Assembly: GCF_000012285.1 (NCBI RefSeq) | Contig: NC_007181.1 | Location: 1,950,001 to 1,982,000 of the forward strand | Direction: 5' to 3' | Length of the DNA stretch: 32,000 nt | Source of the DNA: Sulfolobus acidocaldarius DSM 639 | Lineage (GTDB): Archaea; Thermoproteota; Thermoprotei_A; Sulfolobales; Sulfolobaceae | Part shown: piece by piece, positions 9,962 through 17,353 of the stretch | Numbering within the stretch: the stretch's first letter is position 1 | Layout of the letters: the number at the start of each line of letters is the position of its first letter | The notes under the pieces: generated by a model | What the model was told of the DNA's origin: nothing | The model's database searches: none | The model's input: the letters and a program-made list of their open reading frames with translations, nothing else | Position numbers and translations under genes: made by a program

Positions 9962-10335
9962 ACTTATATCTATCTTTACATGAATTATTTAACCTTTTTA
10001 ACCTTATTTAACAAATAACTTTTCAGGTCAGTCAGGAGAAAACAGAGGAGTGTTCAGTTGTATCAGTGATGTGTCGCATCTCCCTCCGAGTCTGAATTAC
10101 TCAGTTAAAACAGACTCTCTCCCTTACTGTCCCATATCTTAGAGATTAAATTAGGAAGCCATCCTGTTACGCCTAAACATGACTGCCTTGATTTTGCTCT
10201 TTCTTTTAAACTTTCTTTAATTAAGGTGAAGAATACGAAACAGACAATACTCTTTCACTACTTTCATTCTTAACTGATTTCCTTTAGTTCTATAATGGTA
10301 GACTAAGACGCGTATAAGTCTAAAGCTTAAAATGT

Positions 10336-11490
10336 ATGATTTTTAAAATGTATTTCATTATGCGTAAGAGCGTTGTTATAGGCTGGTTAGGGACTTTCAT
10401 GCAACTTCTCATAAGACTTAGCTGGGGAGTTATCGCCCTACCTATATCTATTTTACTTAACTTGAATCCTGTGGAAGTAGGGTTCGTAGCCTCCTCTTTC
10501 TACATAGGATATATCTTGTTTTCCATTCCCTGGGGGCTAATAATTGACAAAATTGGTCCTAACAAGGCTATGGCTACATCATCTGCTATTTTAGTTCCAC
10601 TTAACCTTATACTGTTCTTGTTTCTAAGATCATACGTGCTAATAGTGATAATTTACTTGATGGAAGGAATTATTGCGTCTTCAATATTTCCATCTGCAAT
10701 GAAAATAATAGCCATTACCTATGCGGGAAGTTCCCATCTGACATTTTATGTTGCTATCCTAGAAAGTGCAGGACCGATTACTATCTTGCTTCTTGGAGCG
10801 GTCTCGTCGTTTATACTGGATTCATGGAAATTCTTGTTCTTATTCTTTGCCGTAGGTTTTAGTGTGTTGTGTCTTCTCAGTTTAAAGTTAAAGGTTAATT
10901 CGAAGTCCACCGAGGTCAAAAGATCTTTTAGTGTGCTCTTCAACAAGAAGATTATATTAGCCACCTTGATAAGACTTGGTGAACTGTGGGCTACATGGGG
11001 GACGACAACATGGATATTCTCTATGTTAGTGGTTTATAGAGACATTCCCGTAACTCTATCAGCGTCATTCCTTTTCCTCTTCGGATTAGGTCAACTGATA
11101 GGTATACTGAGCGTGGAAAGCTTGGTAGCAGTAATGGGAGATAAGAATGTCATACTGATTAATTTAATAGGGTTTATCTTAGTCACTTTACTCATTATAA
11201 TAACATTTAACCCCTACCTAGTAGTAGCTGAGGCATTTCTTTTAGGAGTGTTTTCGTTCTCCTATAGACCCCCTACAGACTCCATCATAATGAAGATAGG
11301 GGGAGAAAGTAGGGCAGGTACTTCAATTGGGTTCGCTAATGCAGTGTCACAATTGGGAACTATGATAGCTCCTAGCTTAGTGGGATTCGTCCTGTTTTTA
11401 ACTAAGAGTTTTGCATTCTCTATGTTTGCCTTAGACCTGGGCTGTGTAATTTCTATCATAAGCTTGTTTCTTCTCTCAAAACTTAAATGA
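10336..11490 (+). CDS. MFS transporter
   Basis: 384 aa with 10-12 hydrophobic segments and 'WGLIIDKIGPNKAM' (degenerate motif A). The start could also be ATG 10348 or 10363. Confidence 0.75.
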   Translation: MIFKMYFIMRKSVVIGWLGTFMQLLIRLSWGVIALPISILLNLNPVEVGFVASSFYIGYILFSIPWGLIIDKIGPNKAMATSSAILVPLNLILFLFLRSYVLIVIIYLMEGIIASSIFPSAMKIIAITYAGSSHLTFYVAILESAGPITILLLGAVSSFILDSWKFLFLFFAVGFSVLCLLSLKLKVNSKSTEVKRSFSVLFNKKIILATLIRLGELWATWGTTTWIFSMLVVYRDIPVTLSASFLFLFGLGQLIGILSVESLVAVMGDKNVILINLIGFILVTLLIIITFNPYLVVAEAFLLGVFSFSYRPPTDSIIMKIGGESRAGTSIGFANAVSQLGTMIAPSLVGFVLFLTKSFAFSMFALDLGCVISIISLFLLSKLK

Positions 11491-11597
11491 AATCTCAGAT
11501 CAATAGTCCATGAAGAGCACTTGTTTTTTAAAAGGTCGTCATAAATTGACCGTGAAACAATAATTAATTTTTATAATCAACGCTCCTATTATTTCAT

Positions 11598-12515
11598 ATG
11601 AGGCAGATCGATGCTCTTAAATCCCCAAGATTTACCCAAGTTTCCACTTTCGGAAGACTCCCAATGTGTCTACCACAGGAAGAGGTTAAAGCGGCTTTCC
11701 TTGGAATACCATTCGACGATGCCGTAACATATAGAACAGGGGCTAGATTTGGACCAATGGCTGTAAGACAAGGTTCAAGGTTATTAAGACCTTACAATCA
11801 GTTCTTAGATACATATCCGTTTGACAAACTGAATGCTTGTGACCTTGGAGATGTGAATATAATACCGGGGTATATTGAGGACACCATAAAGATAATAGAG
11901 AAAGATGTATACGACATTATATCATCTAAAAAGTTAGTTCCCTTTATAGCTGGAGGGGACCACTCCATAACACTTCCCATATTAAGAGCCATGCATAAGC
12001 AATATGGTAAGATCAACTTAATTCATTTAGACTCCCATTATGACTTCTGGGACACTTACTGGGGTAAAAAGTATACACATGGAAGTTGGTTGAGAAGAGC
12101 CCTAGAGGAGGGTCTACTCAAAGACGTTATTCAGGCTGGCATAAGGGCATCTACATTTTCAAAGGAGGACTTAAGTGATAAAGTTAAGCTAGGAATAAAG
12201 AGTTTCACTATCAGAGAATTAAAACTTAATCCTAAGGATATATTAAAGGAGATCGAATCACTTAAAGGACCCACTTACGTCTCACTCGATATAGATGTAG
12301 TTGATCCAGCATTTGCCCCTGGCACAGGGACTCCTGAAGTTGGAGGTCTATCGAGCTTTGAGATAATAGAGTTCATAAGGCAATGGAGATTTGACAAATT
12401 AGTTGGATTTGATGTGGTAGAGGTGTCTCCACCATACGATGTCAGTGAGATAACCTCAATGCTAGCAGCTAACATAATATATGAGGGACTAAGCATCTTA
12501 TCATTGTCCCTTTAG
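11598..12515 (+). CDS. Arginase-family ureohydrolase (agmatinase / guanidino-acid hydrolase)
   Basis: 305 aa. All Mn-ligand motifs are present: 'GGDHSIT', 'LDSHYD' (DxHxD), 'SLDIDVVDPAFAPGTGTPEVGGLS'. TATA 'ttttataa' at 11569-11576, 25 nt before the ATG. Confidence 0.9.
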   Translation: MRQIDALKSPRFTQVSTFGRLPMCLPQEEVKAAFLGIPFDDAVTYRTGARFGPMAVRQGSRLLRPYNQFLDTYPFDKLNACDLGDVNIIPGYIEDTIKIIEKDVYDIISSKKLVPFIAGGDHSITLPILRAMHKQYGKINLIHLDSHYDFWDTYWGKKYTHGSWLRRALEEGLLKDVIQAGIRASTFSKEDLSDKVKLGIKSFTIRELKLNPKDILKEIESLKGPTYVSLDIDVVDPAFAPGTGTPEVGGLSSFEIIEFIRQWRFDKLVGFDVVEVSPPYDVSEITSMLAANIIYEGLSILSLSL

Positions 12516-12755
12516 ATCCTCTTAGCTCAAGTTATTGCGTCAGTAGACTTTTTTATGAGATCTTCCTCGGAAGAACTAAAAAGTTAGTAAATTTTTGTCT
12601 AAGGTTCATAGATCATTAGTATGTGAATTCCTACTTAACATGAAATTAGATTTAAGAGCGAATTGGTGCAAAATGGAGAAAAGCTATTAGTCTAAAGTAG
12701 TAGGAAGAGTGATGACAGACACTTAATCTCTTTCGTTTAGTTCATAATTCATAAT

Positions 12756-13568
12756 TTATATTATTTCCTCAAGTTTTGTCAAATCTCTACTTCCCGTAGT
12801 CAAATATACTTTGTTCTCCTTGCATAGGTCTAATAAGTCTTTAGTTACGCTTAGGGAGAATATTACCAAGATTACTTTCTTATCTTTAAATAATTCAGGT
12901 TTGACTGTCTTTAGTTTCTCTACCTTTCTCATTAGTTCCATGTATACTGACTTATTAGCCCTACTCTTAACTTCACCAATTAATAAATAATTTCCAAACT
13001 GTGAAAATATATCAATTTCCACTACATTGTCAATTTCTAACCTAGTTATCTCTGCCTTGTAACCTAACTTCTTCTCAATAAGCCATTGTAAATAATACTG
13101 GGCGTCGTCCTCTATACTTGTCGTTAAGTTCTCCACAAATCTGGCAATCTGTTTATAGTTATCATTCATCTCCTGCCTCAACTTGATAATTTCACTGTTA
13201 AAGTCCTTCCTCATATCATTCATCTCCTGCCTCAACTTGATAATTTCACTGTTAAAGTCCTTCCTCATATCATTCATCTCCTGCCTCAACTTGATAATTT
13301 CACTGTTAAAGTCCTTCCTCATATCATTCATCTCCTGCCTCAACTTCACTAGTTCCTCATGAATTTTGTTAAATTTTATGTCGTTTTCAGCGAGTTTCTC
13401 CCATATTAAGACTAAGTTATCGTTAATGAACCTGGACTGTCTTTCAAATTCGTCTAATTTCTTAACCACTACAGTCTCTAAGACTACCTCTGCGATTCTC
13501 TGTATGAACTCCCTATCACTCTTTAATTTTACGTAAATCTCCTCAGTACTCACAAGATAAAATCTCAT
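12756..13568 (-). CDS. Coiled-coil protein with C-terminal PD-(D/E)XK nuclease-like domain (DUF3782-like, function unknown)
   Basis: 270 aa. The N-terminal half is heptad-like and charged, with three identical 18-aa repeats. The C-terminal part, 'VVEIDIFSQFGNYLLIGEVKSR', fits an E-x-D ... E-x-K restriction-endonuclease-like core. TATA-like 'aaattata' lies ~-29..-22 from the ATG. Confidence 0.7.
   Translation of the reverse strand: MRFYLVSTEEIYVKLKSDREFIQRIAEVVLETVVVKKLDEFERQSRFINDNLVLIWEKLAENDIKFNKIHEELVKLRQEMNDMRKDFNSEIIKLRQEMNDMRKDFNSEIIKLRQEMNDMRKDFNSEIIKLRQEMNDNYKQIARFVENLTTSIEDDAQYYLQWLIEKKLGYKAEITRLEIDNVVEIDIFSQFGNYLLIGEVKSRANKSVYMELMRKVEKLKTVKPELFKDKKVILVIFSLSVTKDLLDLCKENKVYLTTGSRDLTKLEEII
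13161..13346. repeat. 54-bp perfect tandem repeat, 3 full copies plus a 24-nt partial copy (intragenic, in frame)
   Basis: The unit 'atcattcatctcctgcctcaacttgataatttcactgttaaagtccttcctcat' occurs at 13161-13214, 13215-13268 and 13269-13322 without mismatch. 13323-13346 repeats the first 24 nt. Confidence 0.97.
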
Positions 13569-13886
13569 CTACTGATAATAAGCTTACCTATAATTTTAGG
13601 TTGATTTTATGACTATATTTGCAGAGATATTCAGTAATTTATAACAATTAAATATACTTAAAACATAGATCTCCGAAGCTATATTTAACATGGTATAGTA
13701 TAGTCTTACATGTATTTGTAGAAGGTTTCGCTTAGCGAAAGTAATTAATGTAACTTGACGAAGTTCTGATAAAATCAACATATAAAATATAAAGAGAATA
13801 AAAACTTGATTCCCTAAAAATTAGGAGAATAAGGTCTTAACTTTAATTGTATCATATCTCTCCTCTTCTTCCTAATTTTCGTCACC

Positions 13887-14345
13887 TTAATAAATTACTA
13901 TATTTGGAGCCTCCTTTATCGTCTTTACCACAATTTGTGTACTAGTCCTCTCTATCTCGGGCATACTCATAAGCTTCTCAAGAAAATTTTTCATAAACTC
14001 CTCCCTGTTTTTATACCTAGCCATTACTACGAAATCTGTATCACCTAAAACGAAATAAACTCCCCAGACCCCCGGTATCTCGGCTAATTTTGAGCCTAAG
14101 TTCAGGTGGTAATCCTTTCCATACTTTGCCCTAACAAATGTTATTACTATGTAATCTTGATCTAGAGCATAGGGATCTATATGCGCATAATAACCCTTTA
14201 TTATACCCTGAGATTCGAGCCTCTTAATCCTATATGCAATAGTTGACTTGGGAAGTTTGAGCATTTCACTCATGTCTTCTAAAGACTGTTTTGCGTTTTC
14301 CTGAAGTATCTTGAGAATTTTTATATCTATTTCGTCTAACTCCAT
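13887..14345 (-). CDS. barR: Lrp/AsnC-family transcription regulator; probable BarR (beta-alanine-responsive regulator)
   Basis: 153 aa from the internal ATG at 14345 ('MELDEIDIKILKILQENAKQSLEDMSEMLKLPKSTIAYRIKRLESQGIIKGY' HTH plus a RAM-type C-domain). It is divergent from a class-III aminotransferase. This start gives an intergenic region of exactly 170 bp, the length I recall for S. acidocaldarius barR/Saci_2137. TATA at -31..-24 of this ATG. The 45-codon upstream extension in the ORF track runs through the promoter and is rejected. Confidence 0.8.
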   Translation of the reverse strand: MELDEIDIKILKILQENAKQSLEDMSEMLKLPKSTIAYRIKRLESQGIIKGYYAHIDPYALDQDYIVITFVRAKYGKDYHLNLGSKLAEIPGVWGVYFVLGDTDFVVMARYKNREEFMKNFLEKLMSMPEIERTSTQIVVKTIKEAPNIVIY

Positions 14346-14360
14346 TTGTATATAATACAT
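14346..14360. promoter_or_regulatory. Lrp-type palindromic operator box 1 (TTGTATATAATACAt)
   Basis: 14/15 match to the archaeal Lrp-type consensus TTGYAW-N3-WTRCAA. It abuts the barR start codon, between the barR TATA and the ATG. The 15-mer core tTTGTATATAATACA is identical to that of box 2. Confidence 0.6.
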
Positions 14361-14368
14361 TTTTTCCA

Positions 14369-14376
14369 ATATATAA
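14369..14376 (-). promoter_or_regulatory. barR TATA box
   Basis: Minus-strand 'ttatatat' centred ~27 nt upstream of the ATG at 14345 (leaderless geometry). Confidence 0.55.
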
Positions 14377-14454
14377 GCATAGATATAAAATTTTGTATAA
14401 ATCTCTATCATCTCTTTTAAAATTGTACGCATAGTATAGTAAGGGAATGTTAGT

Positions 14455-14469
14455 TTGTATATAATACAA
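14455..14469. promoter_or_regulatory. Lrp-type palindromic operator box 2 (TTGTATATAATACAA)
   Basis: Perfect 15/15 match to TTGYAW-N3-WTRCAA. It lies 17 bp upstream of the aminotransferase TATA and 109 bp centre-to-centre from box 1. Confidence 0.65.
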
Positions 14470-14485
14470 ATCACTCTCAAAGAGG

Positions 14486-14492
14486 TTTATAA
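14486..14492 (+). promoter_or_regulatory. Aminotransferase TATA box
   Basis: 'tttataa' preceded by a purine-rich BRE-like 'caaagagg', ~27 nt upstream of the ATG at 14516. Confidence 0.55.
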
Positions 14493-14515
14493 TCTGTTTA
14501 AGAAGAATATTACTT

Positions 14516-15850
14516 ATGGACGAAGATGTCTTAACTAAGAACTTAATAAAGCAACATACTTTTAGGACATGGGGAAAACAGAAAAACTGGGATCCTCTAG
14601 TAATCAAAGAGGGTAAGGGGGCGTATTTTTATGATTCCAAAGGTAATAAGTACCTGGACTTCTCCTCTCAGTTCATAAATGTCAATTTGGGCTATGGAAA
14701 TGAGAACGTAATTAAGGCTATAGAAAAACAGTTGGAAACATTACAATACATAAATCCTTCATTAGGGGTCAGTATCAGGGCTGAGGCATCAAGGGCTTTA
14801 TTAGAAGTGATGCCAAAAAACATAACTAAATTCTTCTTTTCGACCTCAGGCACAGAAGCCAATGAGGCTGCAATAAAGATCATAAGGCTGATCAAGAGAC
14901 CCTCTTTCAAGATTCTATCTAGATACAGATCTTATCATGGCTCTACAGAGGGATCCATATCTTTGACCGGAGATTATAGGAGATGGTTTGTTGAGCCTAA
15001 CATAATGCCAGGAGTTGTAAGATTTCCAGAGCCTTACTGCTTTAGATGTCCCTTGAAACTGAAATATCCAGATTGCGGTATAGCATGCGCAAACTACGTA
15101 GACTACATCATAAAACAGGAAAAGCACGTTGCAGGAATTATAGTTGAACCCATAACAGGTACAAATGGTGTAATCGTCCCGCCGAAGGAGTACATGCCCT
15201 TATTAAGGAAGATCGCCATGGAAAACGATGTATTATTTATTGCAGATGAAGTTATGACTGGATGGGGTAGAGTAGGAGAATGGTTTGCCGTAAATCTGTG
15301 GGGTGTTGAACCTGATATTTTAACCACCGCCAAGGGGGCTTCAGCATCATATGTTCCCATTGGTATTACAGGAGTTTCTAAAGAGATCGGAGATTTCTTT
15401 GAGGATAATGTTTTCGCCCATGGTCATACGTTTGAAGCTCACCCTGTCTCCCTAGCTGCTATTCCTGCTGTTATCAGTGAGTACAAAAGGGTCAACCTAC
15501 TTCCGCACGTCAGAGAGATGGGAAAATATTTAGGGAAGAGATTAAATGAGCTCAAGGAAAGGCACATAAGCATAGGAGATGTAAGGGGAGTCGGTCTGTT
15601 CTGGGCTGTAGAGTTAGTGAAGGATGGTAAAAACACTCCCTTTGCTGACTACAATGATAAATATGAAGGTAAACCAATTTTACTTGATCTATTAGCCAAA
15701 AAAGCCTTAGAAAGTGGAGTATTTGTATACAATGGACCCTCTTGGTTCATAATAGCCCCACCCTTAGTTGTTGAAAAGGAAGATATTGATAAAGGCGTAG
15801 AGGCATTGGACAAAGTGATAAGAGAAGCAGATAATCAGTACAGAAATTGA
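14516..15850 (+). CDS. Class-III (omega) aminotransferase; probable beta-alanine aminotransferase
   Basis: 444 aa. 'STSGTEANEAAIK', 'IADEVMTGWGRVGEWFA' and 'ILTTAKGASASYVPIG' (PLP-Lys) are class-III PLP aminotransferase motifs. Divergent from the Lrp regulator. Confidence 0.9.
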   Translation: MDEDVLTKNLIKQHTFRTWGKQKNWDPLVIKEGKGAYFYDSKGNKYLDFSSQFINVNLGYGNENVIKAIEKQLETLQYINPSLGVSIRAEASRALLEVMPKNITKFFFSTSGTEANEAAIKIIRLIKRPSFKILSRYRSYHGSTEGSISLTGDYRRWFVEPNIMPGVVRFPEPYCFRCPLKLKYPDCGIACANYVDYIIKQEKHVAGIIVEPITGTNGVIVPPKEYMPLLRKIAMENDVLFIADEVMTGWGRVGEWFAVNLWGVEPDILTTAKGASASYVPIGITGVSKEIGDFFEDNVFAHGHTFEAHPVSLAAIPAVISEYKRVNLLPHVREMGKYLGKRLNELKERHISIGDVRGVGLFWAVELVKDGKNTPFADYNDKYEGKPILLDLLAKKALESGVFVYNGPSWFIIAPPLVVEKEDIDKGVEALDKVIREADNQYRN

Positions 15851-15927
15851 TTAGGTCTTGACCGAGAGAAGTTTAATCTAAACGTAGTTCAGTAGGGGTT
15901 AAAAGTTGAGGTTTTCCCTATTACACA

Positions 15928-16755
15928 TTATTTTACTTTGACGAAATCTCTAATCCTCGATAATATTATGCCTATAAATATTATTGCTATTCCGGCTATT
16001 TGGATTAAGAACACGCTAGTATTAAATACGACAACCTGAATTATTGTTGTAAGGATAGGTATTGAGAAACTGAAAATTGTAACTCTTGGCACTCTCTCTA
16101 TTTTGACCATCATGTTCCACAGGAAGAAAGATAGAGCCCCTCCCAGTGTTGCAGTATATGCAGTTCCTTCAATAAAGCTATCATTAATTGTTACGTCGTG
16201 GTCTATGGGTAATAATAAGGCAAGGATAACAGAACCGATGGAGAATTGACTGGCATTTACAACTATTGGGTCTTCATTCCTTAATTTCCTATAATATACT
16301 GAGAATAAAGCCCAAAATACAGCGTTTATAATGGTCAGAGTTGCCCCTAAGAGACTGAATCCATGAACTAGGGGTAGACCATAAAGTGTCACCCCTAAAA
16401 ATCCTATACCCACACCTAAAGTCTCAATAACTGTGGGTCTCTCTGAGAGGATTAAAAAGGCTATGGGTATAGAAAATAGGGGCATAGTGTAGCTTAAGAC
16501 AGCAGACTCAGAAGGTGAAACGTATTTTAATCCTAGACTCCACGTTAAGGAGCTCATTGTAGTATATAGTGCAAGAAGAAATACGTCCCTGTTAAACACT
16601 ATTCTCCTACGGATAGATAAGAAAATCGCCGAAGATATTATATACCTCAATAGGTTGAAAACCACAGGGGAAGAATAAGTTATTGCATCCTTTGCAAAGT
16701 AGTATTGAAGAGAGCCCACTATGATGTACGGGATAAGGTATTTTAGTATTTTCAC
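15928..16755 (-). CDS. EamA/DMT-family transporter
   Basis: 275 aa with ~10 TM segments in two similar halves, as expected for the drug/metabolite transporter superfamily. Confidence 0.8.
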   Translation of the reverse strand: MKILKYLIPYIIVGSLQYYFAKDAITYSSPVVFNLLRYIISSAIFLSIRRRIVFNRDVFLLALYTTMSSLTWSLGLKYVSPSESAVLSYTMPLFSIPIAFLILSERPTVIETLGVGIGFLGVTLYGLPLVHGFSLLGATLTIINAVFWALFSVYYRKLRNEDPIVVNASQFSIGSVILALLLPIDHDVTINDSFIEGTAYTATLGGALSFFLWNMMVKIERVPRVTIFSFSIPILTTIIQVVVFNTSVFLIQIAGIAIIFIGIILSRIRDFVKVK

Positions 16756-16993
16756 AAAACTATCGCAAACGCCGAAGAGACTTTAAATTTATCGCTATAG
16801 ATAAGAGGTGCATGATGTGTTTTAAGAGAGACCAAATAATAAAAACTCATAACCAGAAATAGAGCAGAATTATATATTTGATAAATTTTTAGCCTTCACT
16901 TTCAAAAATTAATTAAATTACTGTATACTTAAAATTAGCTTTTAATATAACCAGTACAATGAAGCCATTGACCCTCCTCTTTTCTAATTGTGC

Positions 16994-17353
16994 TTAGTCT
17001 GTACCAGTATTGCAACCACAATATCCTTGTTCATCTACTTCCATTCCACAGAATGGACATACATGTCCAACGTATTTTACTTCGTGAGCCCTCTTACCAT
17101 ATAACAAGAGATGTGTATCGAAAACTAGCTCCTTTAAATCTGGCAGCTTTTTCTCCTCGTCTCTGTTTAATTTTACTTGAACAGCCTCCTTAATTCTGAA
17201 CCTCAATGTCTTCTCCTCTAACGCTTTCTTAACTATCTGTTTAGTTGATACTTTACTTATGTGTTGCCCTTTAGGATCTACTAATAATATCTCGTCCTCT
17301 TCAAGGGTCAGACCAATTTTCTCTACCTCTTCGTTTTCATTAACAACTTTCAT
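16994..17353 (-). CDS. Small acidic/basic protein with C-terminal zinc-ribbon-like motif, function unknown
   Basis: 119 aa. The charged, helical-looking body ends in 'HVCPFCGMEVDEQGYCGCNTGTD' (CxxC-x9-CxC). The overlapping plus-strand ORF 16990-17193 looks like a shadow ORF. Confidence 0.6.
   Translation of the reverse strand: MKVVNENEEVEKIGLTLEEDEILLVDPKGQHISKVSTKQIVKKALEEKTLRFRIKEAVQVKLNRDEEKKLPDLKELVFDTHLLLYGKRAHEVKYVGHVCPFCGMEVDEQGYCGCNTGTD

Noticed and set aside
10066-10095. Possible C/D-box sRNA (GTGATGT ... CTGA)
   Set aside because: The C box is imperfect, the spacing to CTGA is 19 nt rather than about 12, and no C' or second D box follows.
13161-13346. Tandem repeats considered as a possible mini-CRISPR array
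   Set aside because: The units are directly adjacent with no spacers, at 54 bp they are longer than a typical CRISPR repeat, and they lie in frame inside a well-formed ORF. No cas genes are present in the window.
13596-13781. 61-aa minus-strand ORF between barR and the repeat-protein gene
   Set aside because: It is short, low-complexity and without promoter geometry. It is probably non-coding spacer.
13887-14480. Long 197-aa version of the Lrp regulator ORF
   Set aside because: The extra 45 N-terminal codons ('MRVICIIYKLTFPYYT...') run through the TATA box and operator region and look like AT-rich noise. The HTH domain begins right after the internal Met at 14345, which also gives the expected 170-bp intergenic spacing.
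14266-14607. 113-aa minus-strand ORF spanning the barR 5' end, the intergenic region and the aminotransferase 5' end
   Set aside because: It overlaps two well-supported genes and their promoters, and its composition is low-complexity and typical of AT-rich out-of-frame translation.
15723-15732. TTGTATACAA inside the aminotransferase CDS (and TGTATATACA at 17660-17669) as extra Lrp/BarR sites
   Set aside because: These are 10-bp AT-rich palindromes lacking the 3-bp central spacer of the 15-bp consensus, and they are expected by chance in AT-rich DNA. They cannot be evaluated without a genome-wide background.
16990-17193. 67-aa plus-strand ORF overlapping the Zn-ribbon gene
   Set aside because: It is antisense to the longer and more protein-like 119-aa ORF, and it has no motif.
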